A stretch of DNA of 64,000 nt from positions 77,624,001-77,688,000 of the forward strand of contig CM060731.1 in NCBI GenBank assembly GCA_030704615.1, read 5' to 3'. Numbering within the stretch: the stretch's first letter is position 1; each line of letters starts with the position of its first letter. Made by a program: the position numbers and the translations under genes. Of this stretch, positions 38,831 through 51,080 are shown piece by piece. Under the pieces are notes generated by a model. The model was not told the origin of the DNA. It made no database searches and saw nothing but the letters and a program-made list of their open reading frames with translations. This stretch comes from Takakia lepidozioides. Taxonomy: Eukaryota > Plantae > Bryophyta.

Positions 38831-38881
38831 TTGTGCTTTCAAGTGGCGAACATTTCCGCCATGGTGCGGAAGAGGTGCATT

Positions 38882-38971
38882 GGCCACATTAAACGGTTGA
38901 TGTGATACCATTTCACAAATGTATCACATCACATTTGTGAAAATGTATCACATGAACCGTTCCATGTGGCC
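38882..38971. repeat. Near-perfect 90-nt hairpin (hairpin 3)
   Basis: GGCCACAT..AACGGTT.ATGTGATAC..TTTCACAAATGT - loop - ACATTTGTGAAA..GTATCACAT.AACCGTT..ATGTGGCC. Confidence 0.92.
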
Positions 38972-39108
38972 TACAGGAGTCTTCGATGGATGCGAGATCA
39001 ATGTGGCCTACGAGATCTGCTTCCACCAACAAACATGTGATCATTTCAGAAGCGCTTGAACTTTGAAACGACGATGGGCAAGGTTCTTCGTCAAGATGTT
39101 CAACATAC

Positions 39109-39415
39109 TGAGGTCTTCTGTAATGTCTCTTGCTTCGTAATGAGGTGCTTCTCTAACTCTTATTTTTCCAATGTTGATATCTTCCATCTGGAACATATCC
39201 ACACATGCATATATAAACACTTAAAAAACCAAATGACCATCAAAACTGGAAGTTGGGTATGAGGCTTATAAAAGTGGAGATGGTCATTTGCTTATTTAAG
39301 GATTTCTGCACACATTTGTGGATCTGTTCCAGGTGGAGAACATCAACATATTGGATAAAGTGAACATGGAGAAGCACCGCATTACGAGGCAGGAGACACT
39401 ACAAAAAGAGCTTCA
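39109..39415. repeat. Imperfect inverted repeat (hairpin 4, ~130-bp arms)
   Basis: TGTCTC.TGC.TCGTAATG.GGTGCTTCTC pairs with GAGAAGCACC.CATTACGA.GCA.GAGACA; CAAATGACCATC pairs with GATGGTCATTTG. Confidence 0.9.
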
Positions 39416-39429
39416 AAGGGCATACCATG

Positions 39430-41850
39430 TAACAGGTCCCAGTATAATCGAAGACGAAACCCCATTCATTCAATGGGCGATTGAATGGTTGCCCATCCAA
39501 ATGATTTTTGTTTGTTTTCAATCTTTGCCACTATGTTCAACATACCATGTATCAGGTCCTGGACTAATATGAGATCAATCGAAATTCATTCGATGGCTCA
39601 ATGGATGAATGGCCATCGAAATGATTTTCGTTCGCTTTGAGACTTGGCCACTATGTTCAATGTGCCATGTAAGAGGCCCCTGAGTAATATGAGATCAATC
39701 GAAATTCGTTCAATGGGCCAACGGATGGTTGCCCATCCAAATGATTTTCGTTCGCTTTGAAACTTGGCCAGTGTGTTCAATGTACCCTCTGATACGTCCC
39801 AGTGTAATATGAGATCATTAAAAAATTCATTCAATTGTCCAATGAGGCGTTTACTTGTCATCTGGTTTTTGTTCAATGCGAAAAAGAAATCATGCAATGC
39901 GTGCACGACTATTGCACCCATTGAACGGATGTGGTTGAAGTCCCTCTTTTGCCCCCATGTGCTGGAACATGTGTGGAGACACATTAGACGAATAAATCAT
40001 TTGTCTCCCCATCGACGCGTTCACCCCTCAAGCCATTCCACAATTTAATTGAATTTAAACTCATTTTAAGCCAAAAATAGGTTTGCACTGCCTTTCATTG
40101 GGGGTTTCTGGCACGTATCGATTTTGTTTTTTGCTCAATTTCGTTCTGCGGCTTCAAGCATCCCACCGCTACTCCCCCGCCAAAATTTGGACCAATCAAA
40201 AATGCCCCCCAAAAAAAGTGTTTTTTCACTCACTATTGCAGAACTCTCTATGAAGAAGGCATGAAGTTGTACACAAAAGTTTGGAGTGCAAAACAGGGAA
40301 GAAACTGTGGTTTTGGGTCCAAATGAATTATGTTCGCTCCCAAATTTGGCACGCACGTTGCATATGGCTACATTATACGCCCCATTAAAAAACGGAATGA
40401 AAAAAAAATCATGAGCATACGAAACACAGTCCAACAGGTCCCAAAACAATAGTAGGTCCAACGGAATATATTCAACGGGTGAACGGATGGTTGCCCATCC
40501 AAATCATTTTTGTTTGCTTCCAAACTTTGCCAGTACATTCGAGACACCCTTTCATAGGTCCCGGACTAATATGAGATCAATCGAAATTCATTCGATGGCT
40601 CAACGGATGGTTGGCCATCGAAATGATTTTGGTTCGCTTTGAGACTTGGCCACTATGTTCAATGTGCCATGTAAGAGGCCCCAAAGTAATATGAGATCAA
40701 TCGAAATTCGTTCAATGGGCCAACGGATGGTTGCCCATCCAAATGATTTTCGTTCGCTTTGAAACTTGGCCAGTGTGTTCAATGTACCCTCTGATACGTC
40801 CCAGTGTAATACGAGATCAATCGAATTCGTTCGATTGTCCAATGAGGCGTTCACTTGTCATCTGGTTTTTGTTCAATGTGAAAAAAAAAAAATCTTGCAA
40901 TGTATACACGGCTATTGCACCCATTAAACGGGGTTGAAGCCCCTCTTTTGCCCCTATGTGCTTGAACATGTGTGCGACACATGTGCGGAGACACATTAGA
41001 CGAATAAATCATTTGCCTCCCCATCGACGCGTTCACTCCTCAAGCCATTCCACAATTTAATTGAATTTAAATTCATTTTAAGCCAATAAATAGGTTTGCA
41101 TTGCCTTTCATTGGGGGTTTCTGGCACGTATCGATTTTGTTTTTGGCTCAATTTCATTCTGCGGCTTCAAGCATCCCACTGCTACTCCCCCGCCAAAATT
41201 TGGATCAATAAAAAATGCCCCAAAAAAAAAGTGTTTTCTTCGCTCACTATTGCAAAACTCTCTATGAATAGTGCATGAAGTTGAACACAAATCAAGTTTG
41301 GAGTGCAAAATAGGGAAGAAACTGTGGTTTTGGGTCCAAATGAATTATGTTTGCTCCCAAATTTGGCATGCACGTTGCATATGGCTACATTACACGCCCC
41401 ATTAAAAAACAGAATGAAAAAAAAATCATGTGCACGCGAAACACAGTCCAACGGGTCCCAAAGCAATAGCAGATCCAATGGAATACATTCAACGGGTGAA
41501 CGGATGGTTGCCCATCCAAATCATTTTTGTTTGCTTCCAAACTTTGTCAGTACGTTTGACACACCCTCTCACAGGTCCCGGACTAATATGAGAACAATCG
41601 AAATTCATTCGATGGCTCAACGGATGGTTGACCATCGAAATGATTTTGGTTCGCTTTGAGACTTGGCCACTATGTTCAATGTGCCATGTAAAAGGCCCAG
41701 AGTAATATGAGATCAATCGAAATTCGTTCAATAGGCCAATGGATGGTTGCCCATCCAAATGATTTTCGTTTGCTTTGAGACTTGGCTAGTATGTTCAATA
41801 TACCCTTTGATACGTCCCAGTGTAATATGAGATTAATCGAAATTATTTTG
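39430..41850. repeat. Hierarchical tandem repeat: ~120-bp subunits nested in a ~1.0-kb unit (~2.3 copies)
   Basis: ATGAGATCAATCGAAATTC at ~39569/39689/39809, 40571/40691/40810 and 41588/41706/41826. Unique spacer 39850-40470 is repeated at 40850-41490. Confidence 0.95.
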
Positions 41851-42308
41851 TGCTTTGAGAATTTTGTGGGTATGTTCGTAGAAAGATCATAGATTTTGCG
41901 AAATAATTATGAAATACGCAGGGACCAGGCGAAATTTGTTTGGAAGACGACCGTTCGTAACTCGTTATAACTTATTGGTTAACATCAATTTTCCTTGTTC
42001 TCCAGCTTTCGGAGTTCATTGCAAATACCCACATACACGTCATGACCAAATATGACACCATTGTAAATTTGTTTACAGGGTGAACTAATTCTTCCCCATC
42101 ACATGAGTGTAAATATGAAGAAAACGCTGCTCATGCAATTGAAATTGGCAGGTGCCGCACATGTGCATTGTGTATTAACAAAATTGGTGATATACAAAAT
42201 TGGCAGTATACAAAATTGGCGGAATGCCATCACTGTGTTTTCCAACAATATTCAAGGTACAACAAAAATGCACATTGTATATGTACTACGCTGCCAGTCA
42301 TTAAAAGC

Positions 42309-44647
42309 CTAGTCGTCACTGTCCGAAGACAAGGAATTTGATGTTGTGGCCTGATTTGCACTGCCAATTGCCAGAGCTTGCGACCGTGATCTCGTGGTCA
42401 ATGAGGGGCCCAATGGCATGTGATCAATTCTGGCCTGCATCCGCCTACTTCGCGGCGACAGTTGACTTTCTTCTTCACTCTCACGACGTGGCGGAGGTGG
42501 ATCGAGAACAAGTGTTCGGGCTGCATGCAAATCGGCAACGAGGCCGTCCATATCCGGCAATAGAGCCCCCGAAACACGATGATAACGGTCTGTCCATAGT
42601 CGCCTCCATTTCTCTACAACTGCTTTGATCGTACTTTTGAAACTTTCCAACTGCCTCTCGCGGGCCCTGTCCCTAATCATTGTGTCGTTTCGACGATAAG
42701 CCGCCTTGTACGCCTCATTCATTCGGCGTTGACATATTATAGCATCTTCCAGTTCGGACAACAATAAATGTCTCCCAATTGGTTGTCAGTCATACAATCC
42801 GTTCTCCTCCGGCACCCATGGAACCTGTGGGAGCCGGATAAACCTGGACCTTCTTTGACTCCAATGCCATCCCAGATTGTGGCAAAACTGCTCTCTCCCC
42901 CACGAATCTCAATGCCTTCCGCACGTATGGTTATCTCCCAGTCAGATGTGACCCAGAAATACTGGAGATCTTTGATGTATGCCGGGTTTCCGGCATGTAT
43001 GCCATGCATATCTCTGTCTGCATCCCATACCAAGTTCTTGCCCCAATGCACACAATTCAGAAATGTGAATGGTAACCCATCCAATGGGAGGTTGTGTCGA
43101 TTGTATTCAAAACCTATGGGCATCCGTTCCTCCAAGCCCACCAGCTCATAGAAACGGCGATGGATTGGTGTACGACATTCTGGGCAAGTGCTCATCCGCA
43201 AGGCTTGCGGAATAAGACATGTGAGATGAAACATATGTCCACATAATCCAAGTACATGACATCCCTTTGGGCCGTATGGATTCCTACACATCGAACAAAC
43301 TGTGTCATCTGATATCCATGACGACAAAACGCCTCGTGGTATCTCCTCCCTCTGGGCCGGTTTGATGTGCCTGATCATCCTTGTTGTGGTGTCCTACTCT
43401 TCCTCTATCTCCAATTCCCAGTTTATGCTTCTGTTCGATCCCGAAATTTTGTGCTCATATCGATCGAACATAGAATCCACATCTGCCCAATTGGTAGACC
43501 CGACGAACACGCTTGATGCGATGCGAAGATTGTTATACCTTTGCATGTTGACATAAATGCTATCCACGCTACGGTTCGACATGCGTGTGACACGTTGCAA
43601 GCTTGACAGTGCCCGCTCTATCCGTGCTTCTCTGGAGGCCAAATGGGTCGCCCATTGTACCCAATTCTCCCAATCGCCATTCAATAGGACCCATGCCCGA
43701 ATCTCCAGCGTTTTGGACAAGCGCCATGCAGTTGCCATGACAATGTCCCGCTCCTTTGTAACGCAGTCGACATCTAATATCGAGTTCATCTCGGTTTGAA
43801 TGGTGACCCTCGAGCATTCCCCGGTTTCCAGTACCGGTTCTTTTCCTTTCCTCCTTCACTCATCCGCAATTTGCTGTTCCTCAACCATGGTTTCATCGGC
43901 CACAGGGTCAAGGACGTCCGTATTTTCGTGAATGATGAGGTCAATACTGCGATCGGGCATCGCAAACTCCGCGTCCATGTCCACGACGTTTGTTCGATCT
44001 TCATTGTGGACAACAATGCCTTCATTGTTTGGAGGCATGTCTTGCAATCTAGCTTCCAACTCGGCTATGCGCAGTGTTTGTCAGTCTAGTCGGTCCTGCA
44101 GGGTCCTGATTCGCTAGTCTCTTTCCGCCAGTTGTTCCTCTAACATTGCAGCTGGTTGTATTCCGAACGTGTCCGCGATGTACTCCAAATCGTATAGCAA
44201 CCTTGCGTTCCTCCTACTAGCAGTTTGCCAATTCACTGGACGCAAGAGTATGACCTCTACGTACAACATGGCTGCCAATGTGTACGGGATTTGGCCCTTT
44301 AAGAGAGGTTGACCCCACAATGTGCAATGCACCTCATTCGCTCTATGCTGGAAATGCAAGTTCGTGCAAGACCTTGACTCTGCGTAATTGTTTCGGGTTG
44401 GCACGTCATGCCTATCCAAAGGCCACAATCGATTGATGTGGTACCATTTCACGAATTTTTTGCATCTTGCCATCGGCCACCTAAACTCTTCCGGAACATC
44501 CTCCCAGCCCTCTTTTGCTAGTATGCTAGGGTCACCATATACTTTCCAATTCAAGTCTTGCCTTGCCTATTTGATTTTCTTAGGGGGCGGTCCATGTTCA
44601 TTGGGGTCATCTCTTCCATGACGGTCATTGTCCTGGCCCTCTGCCAT
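42309..44647 (-). pseudogene. RING-H2 domain protein (~780 codons); four in-frame stops and one frameshift near 42900
   Basis: ATG at 44647 (MAEGQDNDRHG...PPPKKIK). ORFs 44114-44554, 43856-44059, 43394-43789 and 42737-43378 share one frame. RING-H2 CSMC...CGHMFHLTC...CPEC. Confidence 0.82.
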
Positions 44648-44939
44648 TCTGCAACAAATCGGAGCAACACTAAACGAGGTTTACTATTGTAGAATAAAAT
44701 GATCATGGAAGCCAGATGAGGGCATATGGGAGCATTCTGCAACGACCTCACAGAAATCGCGGCAAAAAATACCCCCCACCCAACCAATGGCCTCCTTCTC
44801 CACGTGACTACATGTCGTGGAATAATGAAATGTCACGCACACATAAGTTGTGTGGAGAAGAAGTGAGGGGAGAATGAGCCTCCCTTGGCTTATATGCAAC
44901 CCCCCCATTCCTCGGGCCACGTGCAGGGCTAACCTTCTA

Positions 44940-44977
44940 GAAGCGACCGCCAACTTGGCGGTCGCTCCATTTTTCGG

Positions 44978-45026
<49 letters not shown>

Positions 45027-46470
45027 GACCGCCAGAACTGGCGGTTGCTCCACTTTCCGAAAATAAAATAAGTAAGCAACCGCCAACATAGGCGGTCGCT
45101 ACATTTACAGAGACATTAAAAATTGAAGCGACTGCCAGTAATGGCGGTCGCTTCATTTTCAAAACAATTAAAATAAAAGCGACCGCCAGTCACGGCGGTC
45201 GCTCTATTTCCAACAAATTTTTAATAAAAGCGACCACCAGTAGTGGCCGTCGCTGGATTTACCAAAAAATAAAACAATTGCGGCGACCGCCTGTAATGGC
45301 GGTCGCTCCATTTGTTTGTCGAGGTCGCTCCATTTCCAACCAAATTTAAATAAAAGCGACTGCCACTAATGGCGGTCGCTGCAATTACAAAAAACAACAA
45401 TAGCGGCGACCGCCCCTAATGGCGGTCGCTCGATTTTCCTCCAAAAAACAAAAAAGCGACCGCCAGTAACGACAATCGCTTCATTTCCAAAATAATTAAA
45501 ATAGAAGCGACCGCCAGTAATGGCGGTCGCTTCATTTCCAAAATAATTAAAAAAAAAACGACTGCCAGTAATGGCGGTCGCTTTATTTCCAAAATAAATA
45601 AAATAAAAGCGACCGCCATGTATAAACCCCCCCCCCCCCCCCCCCTTCCTCGCTCCACGCGCAGGACAGACCTCGTAGAAGCGACCACCACCTTCGCGGT
45701 CGTTCCATTTAAAAAAAAACTGACCGCCAGTAATGGCGGTCGCCCCATTTCCAAAAATAAAAAAATTTAAGCGACCCCCATTACTGGCGGTCGCTGCATT
45801 TAAAAAAATAACCATTACAGCGACCGCCAGAAATGGCGGTCGCTGCATTTTGTAAAAACAAAAATTGCCAGTAATGGAAGTGAGGGGAGAATGACTGGGA
45901 GCTTATACCCCCCCCCCCCCCCCCCCCCCCCCAAATCATTCCTCGCTCCACGCGCAGCGCATCCATTTCGCAAAAAAAAAAACAAAAACGATGGCGGTCG
46001 CTGCATTTATAAAAACAAAAAACTTCAAGTGATCGCCTGTAATGGAAGTGAGGGGAGAATGAGTCCGAGCTTATATGCCCCCCTTCCCCCCCCCCGCCTC
46101 ACTCCTCGCACCATGCACAGGGCACACCTCGTAGAAGCGACCGCCAAGGCACCTCAGCTTCCCCGCACAGAGGACGTATTGTACACGAACACCATCAGCA
46201 ATTTTCGTGCTACTGGTCTTCGTCCTTGGTGGTCGCTCCATTTAAAAATCCCAAAAAAACGACTGCAAAATATGGCGGTCGATCCATTTTCTAAAATTAA
46301 AAAACAACCGACCGTCACTATTGGCGGTCGCTGGATTTTCAGAAAACATAGAAATGAAATCGACCACCAGTAATTTTACGAAGAAACAAAAGACGATCGC
46401 TATTACATCGCGTTCACTGTATTTACAAAGAATAAAAAACAAATGCGACCGCTAGTGATGCCGGTCGCTG
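44940..46470. repeat. Array 2 of the AAGCGACCGCC/GGCGGTCGCTT palindrome (>20 units) with embedded repeated promoter-like cassettes
   Basis: Seen directly in the sequence. Confidence 0.95.
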
Positions 46471-46739
46471 CATTAAAATAAAAATGAATGCAGAGTTGGA
46501 AGCATGACACAATTGTTCTTCATTCCACAAGCAAATCACCGAACACAAACATGAGCAAGTGACGGTGCCTTTGACCGACATTTTGGCTGGTATACATATG
46601 AACAACATCTTTTATTTTCCAACACATACACAACAGCAATACAAATACTCATAGTGACAATGATCACACTGATATTACTTCACTATAGAAATATAAACAT
46701 GTCTACTAAAATGTGCTGATGCATTCCTACAGCTGTTTT

Positions 46740-49700
46740 GCTTCAATTCCTTGTACTGCTTCGATGGCGAGACGAAGAAGATCATAATCCTAATGCTCCG
46801 ATGGATTGAAAATCCGCGTCACTCTCGACTTCACTACCATTGTCATGATCAGTGCTGGAATCGTCTTCCATATCCGACCTCATATGTCCAGGCCTTTGAA
46901 TCTGCAAGCGACCTCGAACCACATTTAGTTCTCTCTAAGGTCGACTCCCATTCCAATCTTGAATACCATCCACGGTATCTGGCCTGTTTGTGGGCCGATC
47001 GTCTACAAAAGGTTGGACTGTTCTCTGTCGTTTATGGACTTGGGACGCAATCGAAGGTGGTCTCGAAGGAGGTACCGAAGGGGGGTCTGCCCGTGATGGA
47101 CCGACATTAGATGGTCCGGTAATCTGCTGCGCAACACGTCGATTAAGGTGGAATTGTAGTGGCAGGTTGTCATCATCTGAGGCTTCAACTTTCGCCCGGT
47201 CCAATGCAGCACAATGATGTGTGCGTGTAGAAGATAGATCAACCCTGTTGCTCTTTAATGTTCGCTGTGTTGATGGGAAGCTGGATCGGTTTTGGCATTG
47301 TGGTGGAGCTGGTCGTATCGGTGAGACATGATCCCGTCCCGTCGACTGTACAATGGGTTTGATACCATCGTTTGTATGAACAAGGTTGCGTACATCGCTC
47401 GGTCCTGGAAGTTCATCACCCCTAAGCTCCATTGGGGCACTACTGGTGGCTTCAGCGTGTAGTGGGGGGCGAGGGTCTACCCCAACTTCATTTTGAGGAC
47501 CATGTTCTGGGGATGACACAATTGCAGCTTCACTTTTATCTGCAATACGCACTTCTTCAAGAAGGTCATCAAAGGTCGGCTGGATATAAGCATCCTCCTC
47601 TGTGAATGTAAACGGGTCATACGCATTTTTGGGAGCATCATCGGATCCATCTTCACTATCGGAGGCAGATAATTCCCTCTGGGATGATTCTTTCTGAGGC
47701 TCAATATCGTCACTCATCGAATCTACCTCAGAAGCAGAGTCTTCTGAATGCAAATTCCTCTCATACCATGCTACAGCATCATCCGCTGCCCTCTCACGTA
47801 GCAGTCGACAATTGGTATACACATATACCAATTTGTCAACCTTCGTGGGATTCAACCTGTTGCGAATTTTGTTGTGAACAAATGATTAATTGCTCCAATT
47901 GCGTTCGCAAGATGAGACAGAGCACATTTGAGCAAGAATACGCTTCGCAATGGGAGCCAATGTTCTTGCTCCAGCTCCAATCAGATCCCACCATTCATGT
48001 GGTAATATATTGAGTTCTTTTGGATCTCGCATGTCCTCAAAAGGGCCGCGGCGATCTAAGAAGCATTGGTACTCGGATATAGCTCTCTCTGCATGGTTCG
48101 GCGGAGCCAGTCGCATGACACTCGCACGAGGTCGGCCTTGGCATCAGCGTCATCTCGGAGCATGGTATTGTTGAGCAAAAATGGATTGAACAAAGCCCCC
48201 GCATAATGCAAGTCCATTCGAACCATCGAACGACGGTCGTAAAATGCATCCTCAGCACTGTCCGCAAATTTAGGTTCCAAGGAGAATGTAGGATGACTCA
48301 AGGATTGGACGTGCTTCTCAAGATTTTGCATTAGTAACCATGCCTTGCCCATTACTGGTTGTTTTCCATCAAACTCCCGCAAGACGATTAATACCGGCTC
48401 TACCATATAAACAAAGTTTTCACATTTCTTCCAGAAATCATTGCTGCGAATGTTATTTCGAACTTTTCGACTTTTGCCCAATGACTTGGCTTTTCTGGAG
48501 TCCCGCAATATCCGTGTGTACGCATCCCATTGAGGATCGATGATGGTTTGCTCCAGACTTCTTTTCACCGTCACTAACCGATCCACCATCAAGAAATTAG
48601 TGGCAAAACGAGTTTCGCCTGGATTGTGGAGGCTGTATTTGGGTTCGTGCCTCCTATATATTGCCAAAGGGATGTGGTGTGTGCGGATGAACGACACAAC
48701 AGTCTTCGCTCGCTTGACAAGTTGTTTTACCCACTGTTCTTTTCCCCAATCTTCCAAAATGAGGTCAAGGATATGAGCAGCACAACCTTGATAGTACATA
48801 TGGGGATAACGTGCCAACAACATGTCTGCAGTGTTTCTCATGTTAGCGGCATTATCTATGCATATTTGCACGATTCTATCACTTCCGACCTGTTCGATGA
48901 AGTCCGTCAATAGTTGACATTGATAACGTCCATCTTTTTTCTCGCCGCTAGTGTCGACCGATCCCAAGAATTGTTTCCCAACTGGACATACGAGCATGAC
49001 ATTGAACAACGGTCTATTTGTAACAGAACTCCAATCATCGGCACATATAGTGCTTCCATATTTTCTGATGCACTCCCCGTTCTATCGTTGACCTTTTGGG
49101 TAAGCTCGGTCACGACATCTTCTAGCAATCTTGTGCGGAGATTGTGATAAGTCGAAGGCACGTACGTGGATCTGGACTCCGAGGTTGCTCTAACGGCAGA
49201 AACAAATGCCGGAAGCCTTGCCACATTAAATGGTATGTTGACCTCAAAGAAAAACTGCGCCCATTTTTTATCCAACTGTCTTTTCGCAGACAAGTTAAGA
49301 CCTTCCTGCATGGATTGCTGCCGTAATCTTCTACTCCGTTGAAGTGTAGGGGTACAAAGAGGTGATGAAACAGGTGTTACTCCGGCACAACCCACTTGTC
49401 CAAGGACACCCGAAGCCTCACAAGAGTCGTCCTGGATACTAATCGGGGCATCATGATGGGAAGATGTAGTGTTCTGCTCATAAGTCATGTCCAGATCCAA
49501 AGACATTGGAATATTGCCTCCACACTGGGCAAAGTGGCTTTTTACCCGCATAGATGCTTTAGAGCATAAACCCACCCCAGCGCTCTTCACACCTTTATAG
49601 CCGAGGTGAGCGAGCAACCGATCCTTACGATAAGAAAGCTTTAATCCACGTGGGTTGCACTCAACACTACCAGTGGCACTGACAGTGTTCGGGATTGCCG

Positions 49701-49760
49701 TATACCAAGGACTCCATTCCTCCCTCATCTTCACCCAATATCCACTCCCCTGGGCCCTAG
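46740..49760 (-). pseudogene. hAT-superfamily transposase (BED-like, DUF659, hATC dimerisation) with a long acidic/low-complexity tail; frameshifted
   Basis: NIPFNVAR, TICADDWS, FLGSVDTS, IDNAANM, CAAHILDLILED, PGETRFAT, WWDLIG, SSCERNWS, RNRLNP.KVDKLVYV. Confidence 0.92.
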
Positions 49761-50159
49761 CGATGTAAGCAACAAAAAACAGTCACCTATAAATGAACGT
49801 GTTGTGAATGTAGAGTGCAATGCAATAGCCCAACACTATTACACCTGTCAGCAACCCAAGTGGGTCGATGTGGGTTGTAGTGTTGAGCTTATATACAATC
49901 TGCTGAAATGGCTTTGGTGGAAGCCACAATGGCAAAAGGTGCGCACCCTCCTCTTGGGCTACACTTTCTTTCAATGGAAAAGAACATCGAAAGCAACCTT
50001 AAGTGTTTGCGCCAAAAGAAGTGAGGAGTTTGGTGACCCTCCTCCCTTATATATGATCCAAGAAGGATAAAAGTGAAATGAAAGTGAAATGAATAAATGA
50101 CGAACCAATAGCGCCCACCCGAAAAAGGTTGTACAACCATATTTGTTATAATTTTGAAA

Positions 50160-51080
50160 TTAAGCGACCGCTAATACTACGGTCGCTATTTCTATTTTTT
50201 ATGAAAAACAAGCAACCGCCACTATTGCGGTCGCTTTTATTTCCTCTTTTTTTGTGCAATATTGCAGTCACTTCTATTTTGTATATTTTTAAATTTAAGC
50301 GACCGCCTGTATGGCGGTCGCTATTATTTTTTATTTCAAAATATAATGCGACTGCCGGTATGGCGGTCGCTTCATTTTTAAAAATATTTAAAATAAAGCG
50401 ACCGCCAATATGGTGGTCGCTTTTATTTTTATTTTTATTTTTTAAAACGCAACCGCCAGTAAGGCGGTCGTTTTTAATCTTTATATTTTCAAGTTTAAGC
50501 GACCTCCAGGTTGGCGGTCGCTTAAACTTAATATATACTTTAAAATTGACGCGACAGCCGGTTTGGTGGTCACAAATATTGTACTGTTTTAAAACAAGCG
50601 ACCACCTGTGTGGCAGTCGCTTTTATTTTCATATGTCGCTTGTTTTATTTATACAATTCTAAATTTGTTAAACTTGTCGTTTGTTTTTCTATATATATAA
50701 TTAAGCGACCGCCCAATGGCGGTCACTATTTTTTCTAATATATTTTTGAAATTATCCGACCGCCATATGGCGGTCGCTTGTTCTGTACATATTTACAAAA
50801 TTGTGCGACCGCCAATACGGCAGTCGCTTGTTTTCTTTTTTAAATTAGGCGACCGTCAATGCGACTGCCAGTCTTGTTTTTTTTTTAAAATAAATTGAAG
50901 CGACCGCCAAGATAGCGTTCGCTATATATATTTTTTAATTCAAAAATAAAACGACCACCAATTCGACCGCCAATCTGGCTTCTTAAAAAAATAAATTGAA
51001 GCGACCGCCAATTATGACGGTCGCTATTTCTTTTTTAATTTCGAAAACAAAGCGACCGCCATAATTGGCGGTTGCGTTCA
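50160..51080. repeat. Array 3 of the AAGCGACCGCC/GGCGGTCGCTT palindrome (~15 units)
   Basis: Seen directly. Lies upstream of the minus-strand TATATAAG (~50047-50055) of the hAT gene. Confidence 0.95.

Noticed and set aside
36301-44647. In-frame stops in the kinase and RING genes as recoding or U-to-C editing sites
   Set aside because: U-to-C editing is organellar. The stops fit C>T decay of methylated TE DNA, and a frameshift is also present.
44940-46470. Palindromic repeats with variable spacers resemble a CRISPR array
   Set aside because: Repeats are degenerate with variable loops, spacers are low-complexity A/T runs, no cas genes are present, and the context is eukaryotic nuclear DNA.
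44684-46608. ORFs with RPP/AVA periodicity (also 50129-51285)
   Set aside because: Translations of the palindromic DNA repeats and homopolymers, with no protein-like features.
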